Assembly: GCA_044359815.1 (NCBI GenBank)
Contig: JBIKLL010000068.1
Coordinates: 1-14,800 of the forward strand
Reading direction: 5' to 3'
Length of the DNA stretch: 14,800 nt
From: Pseudobdellovibrionaceae bacterium
Lineage (GTDB): Bacteria; Bdellovibrionota; Bdellovibrionia; Bdellovibrionales; Bdellovibrionaceae
Below, piece by piece: positions 1 through 6,590 of this stretch. A program made the position numbers and the translations under genes. The notes beneath the pieces are model-generated. The model ran no database searches. It saw only the letters and a program-made list of their open reading frames with translations, and was not told the origin of the DNA. The first letter of the stretch is position 1; each line of letters begins with the position of its first letter.

Positions 1-31
1 AGACCTACAAATTACCAACCCGTCCCTTTGC

Positions 32-197
32 ATGTTGTGGAATTTGAAATTCAAAAATCTAAATATATGATTTTATTTAGAAAGACCACAGCTCCTGCTT
101 CTCTGCTCGGGCCAAGCCCCCGCCGTCCAGGCTCCGCAGAGGGTCTTTCTAATTAAAATCATATATTTAGATTTTTTAATTTCAAATTCCACGACAT
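32..197. repeat. Long inverted repeat (56-bp arms) with GC-rich structured core; MITE/REP-like element candidate
   Basis: 32-87 (ATGTTGTGGAATTTGAAAT...TTTAGAAAGACC) is the reverse complement of 142-197 with 3 mismatches in 56 bp. The 54-nt core contains CTCTGC(101-106)/GCAGAG(136-141) and GCC-GTCCA-GGC (122-132). Confidence 0.9.
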
Positions 198-251
198 AAA
201 AAGAAACCAGTTAAAATAATTAAAAAATTGCTATTGGTCTGGATGGCTGAG

Positions 252-827
252 TTAGTAGGCCCAGGTTGAATAGAAGACTGACTTTAAAATTTCAAAGCCT
301 ACCGACATGACTGAACCTTCGTTAGGTCCTGGTACCACCGAATGTCTGTATACATTGATTTGATCCGGGAAGGTGGACTTAAAGGTCTTAAAAGCCCGGT
401 ACATATGCACTGATGATGTGATTAACAACACATCCCTGCATTTTATCGCATCCACTATCGGTAAGCTCTGTTGAGCGTTTCCAAATGTGGTCAAAGATCG
501 TTTTTCCAAAATCACATCAAGCTCGTCGATGTTTTCGTAAAATGACCAATAAGGAAAAATCTCGGTCAGCAAAGCTCCAGAATAAACACCAGAAATAATT
601 AATTTTTTAATTTGCTTTTGGTTCAGCAAATCAAAGCCTTCACGGATTCTGTGGGCGCCGCCCGTCAGCACAACCGCACAATCGGCAATCCCAGAACGAT
701 TCCAAGACTGCACGCTTTCTGACAGCACTCTTTGCTTTTCGATGTAAAATCGAAAAGCAAAGGCACACACCAGAAAAAACAAGCCAATAATGTAATAGTG
801 CTTAGGCTTTTGCGGCCAGAATTTCAA
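252..827 (-). CDS. YdcF/DUF218 (ElyC/SanA-like) family protein with N-terminal membrane anchor
   Basis: N-terminal TM segment; motifs AVVLTGG..RI..G, LIISG, E..S.TTFGNA and LLITSSVHMYRA are typical of DUF218. TTG start overlaps the end of ridA. Confidence 0.88.
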   Translation of the reverse strand: MKFWPQKPKHYYIIGLFFLVCAFAFRFYIEKQRVLSESVQSWNRSGIADCAVVLTGGAHRIREGFDLLNQKQIKKLIISGVYSGALLTEIFPYWSFYENIDELDVILEKRSLTTFGNAQQSLPIVDAIKCRDVLLITSSVHMYRAFKTFKSTFPDQINVYRHSVVPGPNEGSVMSVGFEILKSVFYSTWAY

Positions 828-1182
828 TTTCTACCTTTACGCCTTTGGGTAAACCAGCCACAGCAACAGTTGATCTGGCTGGAGGTTCTGCGGTAAAATA
901 TTTTGCATAGACCTCGTTCACTTTTGCAAAATCATTCATATCGGTCAGGAAAATCGTCGTTTTAATAACATTTGAAAATTGTAATTCTGCTTTTTTTAAA
1001 ACAGCATCAATGTTTTTCATGACCTGCTCGGCTTGTTCTGAAACTGTCGTACCTACAACATTTCCGGATTTTGGATCCAAAGGTATTTGGCCTGAACAAA
1101 ACAGTAAATTTCCGTGTTGAACCGCTTGTGAATAAGGCCCAATTGGTGCCGGCGCATTTTCTGTTAAAATAATTTTTTTCAT
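802..1182 (-). CDS. ridA: RidA/YjgF/UK114 family reactive-intermediate (imine) deaminase
   Basis: APAPIGPYSQAV, FCSGQIPLDP, KTTIFL.DMNDF..VNEVY and PARSTVAV..LPK...VEIE with the conserved Arg; AGGAG SD upstream. Confidence 0.95.
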   Translation of the reverse strand: MKKIILTENAPAPIGPYSQAVQHGNLLFCSGQIPLDPKSGNVVGTTVSEQAEQVMKNIDAVLKKAELQFSNVIKTTIFLTDMNDFAKVNEVYAKYFTAEPPARSTVAVAGLPKGVKVEIEILAAKA

Positions 1183-1201
1183 AATTTATGCTCCTGTGTT
1201 T

Positions 1202-1708
1202 TTAAAAATAGAACACCAATCCACCACGAAAGGGATCAGCGCCGATGGTTCTGAAACGCGTTTTGTCCACACTGGACATTCCAACGCCGACTTCAAAATT
1301 AAATCCTAAACTGTCTAAGCCAGACAGAAAAAACTCTCCGCCGACCACGCCTTGCAATTCAAAGCCAGATTTAGTGGTTGTTGCGCCGTTTTCAATGACC
1401 TCACGATTTAAAAGGGCTGCATTAGCACCCATAAAGAAATTCATATTTTCTTCTTTAAAAATAATGCGGCGAATACCTACCTGAAAGCCCGTTTTGGCAG
1501 CGTCCTTTTCAGTATCAATCCCAATGGCACCGATAATCCCGTAGTCGGAGTTAGGATAATAAAATGCCGCAACACTGGGCAATTCAAAGTGGAGGTTGTT
1601 ACGATAGCCAACGCCCAAACGACTGGCCAGTTCTTTGCCACTGGCGACAAATGGCGATGCCATCAAAATTGCTGCAAATACTAATCTGTAAAACCGTGGT
1701 GTTTTCAT
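1202..1708 (-). CDS. Small (about 8-stranded) outer-membrane beta-barrel protein
   Basis: Start moved from the ORF-track 1765 to ATG 1708 (MKTPRF...), which has an AGAGG SD. Signal peptide, alternating beta-strand patterns (LGVGY, FQVGIR, FFMGAN, GFNFEVGVG) and C-terminal GLVFYF beta-signal. Confidence 0.78.
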   Translation of the reverse strand: MKTPRFYRLVFAAILMASPFVASGKELASRLGVGYRNNLHFELPSVAAFYYPNSDYGIIGAIGIDTEKDAAKTGFQVGIRRIIFKEENMNFFMGANAALLNREVIENGATTTKSGFELQGVVGGEFFLSGLDSLGFNFEVGVGMSSVDKTRFRTIGADPFRGGLVFYF

Positions 1709-1819
1709 AGGACCTCTTTTTAAAGAAATACTAAAACGGGAATTGCCGCAGAATTCAAGTATCACTTGATTCGGCTTTGCAGAAATACTATGAATAACGT
1801 TTAGTGTTATCTAAATAGT

Positions 1820-1895
1820 GGGCCTGTAGCTCAGCTGGGAGAGCGCGAGCATGGCATGTTTGAGGTCGCAGGTTCGATCCCTGTCAGGTCCACCA
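1820..1895 (+). tRNA. tRNA-Ala (anticodon GGC)
   Basis: 76-nt cloverleaf: acceptor GGGCCTG/CAGGTCC with G3:U70 Ala identity pair, D-stem GCTC/GAGC, anticodon loop ATGGCAT (A32-U38 typical of Ala-GGC), T-loop TTCGATC, encoded CCA. Confidence 0.97.
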
Positions 1896-1903
1896 AAAAA
1901 ATT

Positions 1904-1932
1904 AAAAGCCACGAAAGTGGCTTTTTTATTTT
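1904..1932 (+). terminator. Intrinsic terminator after tRNA-Ala (copy 1)
   Basis: AAAAGCCAC-GAAA-GTGGCTTTT hairpin with GNRA loop, followed by a T-tract. Confidence 0.85.
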
Positions 1933-2113
1933 GTGGAGCTGATAGGGATCGAAAAGAGTGAGTGACCCGCAGTCAATGCGACCAAAAGGAGCATTGGATG
2001 CGGTGGCAAAATTGCTGGATGCAATTTTGAACGAACGACCCCGGCTCTGGGGCAATCGCGCTTGATGCGCGATTGCGGGAAGACCGATCCCTGTCAGGTC
2101 CACCAAAAAAATT

Positions 2114-2142
2114 AAAAGCCACGAAAGTGGCTTTTTTATTTT
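2114..2142 (+). terminator. Intrinsic terminator (copy 2, within the duplicated segment)
   Basis: Identical to 1904-1932. Confidence 0.75.
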
Positions 2143-2248
2143 GTGGACATCGGTGGATATCGACTGGGGTTGGCTCCCAAATACAGCTCACTGTCAAAAT
2201 GTTAAACACCCGATTTTTCCTAAAACCAACTTAAATCTTTGCTGCCAA

Positions 2249-2264
2249 CGGCACTGAATACGCA
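2249..2264 (+). promoter_or_regulatory. Possible sigma54 (-24/-12) promoter for the envelope operon
   Basis: CGGCAC-TGAAT-ACGCA has GG-N10-GC spacing about 35 nt upstream of the TTG start; the -12 element deviates from TTGCW. Confidence 0.3.
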
Positions 2265-2299
2265 AGGAAGGTTTTGACTTAAAAATACGGAGGTTTCCT

Positions 2300-3226
2300 T
2301 TGAAGCGCATTACATTATTTATTGCTACCACAACAATGCTTGCACTGAGTGCTTGCGAATCTAAATTTGTTGAAACATCTCCCTCAGCTGTGGGCCAAGA
2401 CGGTGCCACGATTGAAGACCGCATGAAAGACAAATCGGCCATGGACACTAAAATCAACGAAATTGACCAGATGGCGACCAAAATCAGAAACATAGTTGAT
2501 CTGTTTAGAAAAATCAAAAACCCTGAAGCCGGTAAAGATAACTATACAGCCATTGATTTTATGTTGGAGTTAAACGGTAAACTGAAAGACAAAATGCCTT
2601 CAAAATGTGAAGACACAACTGATCAGTCTTGTTATTTCAGAAAAACCAGCTTTGAAATGCCTATCAAAGAACTGTCTGAGGACTGCCGTATAATCGAAGC
2701 CCTGTTAGAATCAAAAACTACCGAGCAGAACGTAGAAATTTGGAGCGACGATAGTTTTTGGGGTGCTGCTCCTGAAACTAAATCTGTAAAAACAGATAAA
2801 TTCACATATTCACTTAAAACCTGCAATGCACAGGACAAATACCAAGATGTGATTGAGATTTATTTAACAGAAGGAAAGATCAGCTTTGAAGTTAATAATA
2901 AAAATCTGCAAAAGCTGTTCAACCAAATTTTGTTGGCTGAAGACTTAAGCACAACTAATTGCAAGATTCAAAAAACTGAAAAAAATCTGTTGTCTAAAAT
3001 CCAGTGCTCTGACATCCAAGCCAAACTGAACGAGTCTGAAACCGCAGTCATTTCTAAATTGATTTACAACAATGACAAAACTCAAGAAAACCGTTTAGAG
3101 GTCAATTTTGATTTGTTTGAAAACAGCTCAAGAAAAGCATCTTTTGAATTAGTAGTTCCCTTCAACGGAGAACCTCATTCAAGACAACTAGAAGAAGCTA
3201 AAAAAGCAGAGCCTAGCAAAAAATAA
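2300..3226 (+). CDS. Uncharacterised lipoprotein
   Basis: GGAGG SD before TTG start; MKRITLFIATTTMLALSA-C lipobox; six further Cys (probable disulfides); helical N-half and beta-rich C-half. Confidence 0.85.
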   Translation: MKRITLFIATTTMLALSACESKFVETSPSAVGQDGATIEDRMKDKSAMDTKINEIDQMATKIRNIVDLFRKIKNPEAGKDNYTAIDFMLELNGKLKDKMPSKCEDTTDQSCYFRKTSFEMPIKELSEDCRIIEALLESKTTEQNVEIWSDDSFWGAAPETKSVKTDKFTYSLKTCNAQDKYQDVIEIYLTEGKISFEVNNKNLQKLFNQILLAEDLSTTNCKIQKTEKNLLSKIQCSDIQAKLNESETAVISKLIYNNDKTQENRLEVNFDLFENSSRKASFELVVPFNGEPHSRQLEEAKKAEPSKK

Positions 3227-3234
3227 AAACCAAC

Positions 3235-3260
3235 ATCACTCTGTAAAACAACAGAGTGAT
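3235..3260 (+). other. Intercistronic hairpin without U-tract
   Basis: ATCACTCTGT-AAAACA-ACAGAGTGAT, a perfect 10-bp stem between operon genes 1 and 2. Confidence 0.65.
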
Positions 3261-3266
3261 CACCGA

Positions 3267-4154
3267 GTGGAACACCTGATGATCGGACGCAGTCTTAAAT
3301 TCATTCAAGCCCTCATGGTGTCGATTGCGATCATCGGTTGCGATTCAAAAAAATCCAATGATATGGCTGAATCTGACGTGAATTTGAAAGCCAGCCGCTT
3401 ATTGGACGACAACAGACCCAAGGAAGCTATAACCTTACTGGAAGCTGAACTGGACAAAAATCCCCAGGACAACAAAATCAGAATGTCGCTGGTTTCTGCC
3501 TATGCGTTTATGGGTGGCATCAGAATCAGTCGCTTGATTCAAATGTTTAAAAGTTTAGAAAGTCTGAAGGCAATTTCAGAACCCTATCCTGAAATTTCTG
3601 ATTCAATGCTGGATTCAGAAAAATCCAGTTTGAATGCTTTGAAAGTCGCCATGATTCTGGAAAAATCAGCAACTATTTTTAGAACCTACCAAAACATTCC
3701 TTCGTTGGACACTGATAGCGGAAACTATTTAAAGCAAGCTATTATTGTGGCAAAGGATTTGGTTGATCCCAAACAGGAAGACAGTCTATACAAGGCAATC
3801 ATTGAGCTGATTTATTTAAAACACATATTGGCAACCCAGGTTTTTTCAAGCCTTGGAGTCGATGATATTGATCAAAAAAAATCATGCAAGCCTGATATTG
3901 GTAAAATCCATGACAGCTTTTTAGAAATTGGTAATCTAATGATTGATATTTATGCCGACGCTGCCATTGCCCATCCCAAAATGTCTGAGCGATTAAAAAG
4001 TCTTTCTGAGCAGACCGCCAATCAAATATCTGATTTGACAATTGCCAGTACCGGCTTAATTCTGTTGGACGAAGCTTCAGTATTGTTTTTAAATAAAGCT
4101 TTGATTCAACAGGGGTTTACAAAATTACTCAATTGCGAGGAACCACAGTCTTAA
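3267..4154 (+). CDS. TPR-containing all-helical lipoprotein (alternative start ATG 3279)
   Basis: Lipobox-like IAIIG-C; TPR-like segment ASRLLDDNRPKEAITLLEAELDKNPQDNKIRMSLVSAY; amphipathic helices; one further Cys pair. Confidence 0.8.
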   Translation: MEHLMIGRSLKFIQALMVSIAIIGCDSKKSNDMAESDVNLKASRLLDDNRPKEAITLLEAELDKNPQDNKIRMSLVSAYAFMGGIRISRLIQMFKSLESLKAISEPYPEISDSMLDSEKSSLNALKVAMILEKSATIFRTYQNIPSLDTDSGNYLKQAIIVAKDLVDPKQEDSLYKAIIELIYLKHILATQVFSSLGVDDIDQKKSCKPDIGKIHDSFLEIGNLMIDIYADAAIAHPKMSERLKSLSEQTANQISDLTIASTGLILLDEASVLFLNKALIQQGFTKLLNCEEPQS

Positions 4155-5185
4155 TATTTTTTCTGTGTGCTGGAATCAGCAATGCCCAAACCACTTCTAC
4201 ATTTAGCAGAAATCCCAGAACTTTTGAAACTGTTCATGCCGGCCTGGTTACCAAAGGCGTTGCCTATGCTTGCCTGAATCTGTACCAAATTCCTGACGGC
4301 TTAGTCTGCAATCCGGCCTTAAGCAACACTGTCAGCAAAAGCAGCTTAGGGACCCAGGTTTTAATATCAAATGGAGCTTCAGCTTTTAGCAACATAGCTG
4401 AAATCGTTGACGGGAAAGTCGATCAAGGAACAATCGACACGATTTTTAGTGATGGTAAGATCATTCAGGCTGAAACAAATGTAGATATCTTTTTTAAATC
4501 CAAGATTATTTCTGGCCGCTACACGCCCTATTCACTGCGGGCCTTAAGCGTTGTCAGAAACGAAGCCAATCCTGATGTCGAGCTGTCAGCTGTCGAGGAA
4601 AAAGGTTTTACCTTTCAAAGTTCCTATGAATTTTTTCAGAATTTTTATGCAGGCTTACAGGTCAGAATTTTAAACCGAAAATTTGTCATTAAACAGTTTA
4701 AATTAATCAGCCTGGCCACACAGGACGGCGAAGGTTTAATTGCGCCTAAAACACAGGATGTGACTTACGTTGAACCGGGCTTTCATTATGTTTTACCCCT
4801 GCCTTGGAAACCACGCTTTTCAGCATTTGTTGCCAACACCGGGTCTTACTCTAAAAAATATGACGAAATCAGAACCCCAGAGGAACTGCAGTTGGGAATT
4901 GCGATATCACCCCCTGTGTTTTGGAGTGAACTGGATATTATGCTGGATTACAAAAGCCTGTCCTATCAAGAATCTGATTTTGAAAAATTGCGATTGGGCT
5001 CTGTTTTAAGATTTGGCTCTATGAATGTGTTCGGTGGGATAGACTCCAATGGTATTTCAGGAGGCGTGTTTTTTGCCTTGGAAAAAATCAATTCGGGCGT
5101 GTTTTATTCGACCACGAAATTATCTAACGGAAACGAAAAATATTTTACTCAAACGGTGTATGTTGAATTTGGTTGGCAGATTTAG
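4133..5185 (+). CDS. Outer-membrane beta-barrel, FadL/TraF_2/PorV-like
   Basis: Signal peptide ending ISNA-Q. The N-terminal GVAYAC...DGLVCNPAL resembles the G.A..A....ALFYNPA hatch motif of the FadL-like superfamily. Many amphipathic strands; C-terminal VYVEFGWQI. Overlaps the upstream gene by 22 nt. Confidence 0.72.
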   Translation: MRGTTVLIFFLCAGISNAQTTSTFSRNPRTFETVHAGLVTKGVAYACLNLYQIPDGLVCNPALSNTVSKSSLGTQVLISNGASAFSNIAEIVDGKVDQGTIDTIFSDGKIIQAETNVDIFFKSKIISGRYTPYSLRALSVVRNEANPDVELSAVEEKGFTFQSSYEFFQNFYAGLQVRILNRKFVIKQFKLISLATQDGEGLIAPKTQDVTYVEPGFHYVLPLPWKPRFSAFVANTGSYSKKYDEIRTPEELQLGIAISPPVFWSELDIMLDYKSLSYQESDFEKLRLGSVLRFGSMNVFGGIDSNGISGGVFFALEKINSGVFYSTTKLSNGNEKYFTQTVYVEFGWQI

Positions 5186-5723
5186 TCTGATTTTTATTTT
5201 AGCCTGGTTTTTGATTCCATCGGCACAGGCCGAGAATCAGTTTAATAATTGGGAAGATCATTACAAAGAACTGGAGCGCATCAGGGAACAGGACAAGCGA
5301 AACGGTCTTAGCTATATCATTAGCGGCTCATTGGCCTTGGCCAGTGGGATTTTGGCCGACGGATCAACCAGCGATCCCATCGAAAAAGGCGTGTACACCC
5401 TGTTTCAAACTATTGGCGTGGCGTCTATCGGTTACGGTTCTTTTCAATGGCAAATCGGCGGCGAGGACCGTCTGATTTATAATTCGTTACAATTAAGCAA
5501 AATCCCCAACGATCAAAAACTGCAGTTTTTAAAATCCTATCGCACCATCAAGGCCGAACAACTTAGGCGGGAACGCATTATCCGAGCCGTAACCCATGGC
5601 ATGATTTCGGCTCTAAATATATACAATGCCTCTCAACAAAAAAACGATTCGGTAAAGACCTCTTTAAATTTTATTGGCGCCGTCAATCTGCTGGCGGCCC
5701 TGTCCTATACCTTTGATTTTTAA
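5160..5723 (+). CDS. Exported small membrane-associated protein with two hydrophobic helical hairpins
   Basis: Start moved to ATG 5160 (MLNLVGRFSLIFILAWFLIPSAQA, a signal peptide), overlapping the barrel gene stop; four moderately hydrophobic Gly/Ala-rich segments; ends YTFDF. Confidence 0.72.
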   Translation: MLNLVGRFSLIFILAWFLIPSAQAENQFNNWEDHYKELERIREQDKRNGLSYIISGSLALASGILADGSTSDPIEKGVYTLFQTIGVASIGYGSFQWQIGGEDRLIYNSLQLSKIPNDQKLQFLKSYRTIKAEQLRRERIIRAVTHGMISALNIYNASQQKNDSVKTSLNFIGAVNLLAALSYTFDF

Positions 5724-5733
5724 AACCTAGACT

Positions 5734-5761
5734 TTAAGTCCCACTCTGAATGGGCCGATAT
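5734..5761 (+). promoter_or_regulatory. Sigma28 (FliA)-like promoter
   Basis: TTAAG-N15-GCCGATAT, close to the FliA consensus TAAA(G)-N15-GCCGATAA, 60 nt upstream of ATG 5822. Confidence 0.65.
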
Positions 5762-5821
5762 GTGCTGCGGGATGCGCGCCTAAAATGCGTTCAGCCAAAA
5801 TCAGAAAAAGGAGTGTCGACG

Positions 5822-6526
5822 ATGGCGCAAATTGCGAAATGTTTATTGGCATCAACATTGAGTGGCCTTTTTATTTTTCTATTTGGAACTTCCTTGCAAG
5901 CACAACCCGTTACTGCGGAAGAAATTTGTGGCCCAGGGCAAAGAATTAGAAACTATAGATGTGAGCCCGATCCATTTGCTCCCAAGAAACAGTGTTACGA
6001 TATGCCCAAAGGTATTGAATATCGACTGAAAAATGCCCTTGGATCTGATGCTTGTCTTTGTGTCAAAAGAACTCCTCCTCCCCAGGGCGTGGAAAGCTGC
6101 GATGTTGGAGAAGTGGTAGTTGATCGAAATTTCTGCAAAGATATTACCGAAAATATTCCTTTAAATTGCCAACCGAAAATCCCATCAAATCAAACTGGGC
6201 CAGCAAAGGCAGGACTTAGCTTACCAATGAATGGCAAAAAAGTAGCACAGTTTAAATCGCTTAATCTTTGCAATGAGGCAATTTCTGATTCGTCCATGCA
6301 ATATTGCAACCCTGTTGCTTTGTGCAATTGCACCTGGAAAGATGCCCGCAATAAACAACATTCAGAAGGCCGCACAGAGGCCGATTGTAAAAAAATTGTT
6401 GGTGCTAAATGCGACGGAGGATTCAGATTTTTCACCATACGCGAAAAATTCAATAACAATTCAAATCCCGAATTATCAAATCCAGAACCGAGCAGTGAAA
6501 GCGATGACAGCGAGGGTGTAAAATAG
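5822..6526 (+). CDS. Cys-rich secreted protein of unknown function
   Basis: AAGGAG SD before ATG 5822 (the ORF-track start 5750 lies inside the putative promoter); signal peptide ending SLQA-Q; 14 Cys in the mature part; acidic disordered tail. Confidence 0.8.
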   Translation: MAQIAKCLLASTLSGLFIFLFGTSLQAQPVTAEEICGPGQRIRNYRCEPDPFAPKKQCYDMPKGIEYRLKNALGSDACLCVKRTPPPQGVESCDVGEVVVDRNFCKDITENIPLNCQPKIPSNQTGPAKAGLSLPMNGKKVAQFKSLNLCNEAISDSSMQYCNPVALCNCTWKDARNKQHSEGRTEADCKKIVGAKCDGGFRFFTIREKFNNNSNPELSNPEPSSESDDSEGVK

Positions 6527-6528
6527 AC

Positions 6529-6574
6529 TCCACAAAGCATCTGCTTTATGGACAAAGTGTAAAAACACTTTGTC
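6529..6574. terminator. Tandem hairpins between convergent genes (probable bidirectional terminator)
   Basis: TCCACAAAGC/GCTTTATGGA (6529-6552, one mismatch) and GACAAAGTGT-AAAA-ACACTTTGTC (6551-6574, perfect). Confidence 0.6.
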
Positions 6575-6590
6575 AATTTCGCGAACTCGT

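Larger units (their letters stand above)
1875..2147 (+). repeat. tRNA-linked repeat: perfect 63-bp direct repeat (1875-1937 and 2085-2147, period 210 bp) flanking a hairpin-rich spacer
   Basis: CGATCCCTGTCAGGTCCACCA...GTGGCTTTTTTATTTTGTGGA occurs twice, identical. The spacer contains an antisense copy of the tRNA 3' end and three hairpins. Confidence 0.92.

Noticed and set aside
1766..1812. Sigma70 promoter for tRNA-Ala
   Set aside because: One must exist nearby, but the candidates (e.g. TTGCAG-N17-TTTAGT) match too weakly to place.
2085..2105. Second tRNA gene
   Set aside because: Only the last 21 nt are present; there is no D-arm or anticodon arm.
1831..2209. ORFs 1831-2106 and 1973-2209 on the minus strand
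   Set aside because: Antisense translations of the tRNA and tRNA-linked repeat, a typical spurious call.
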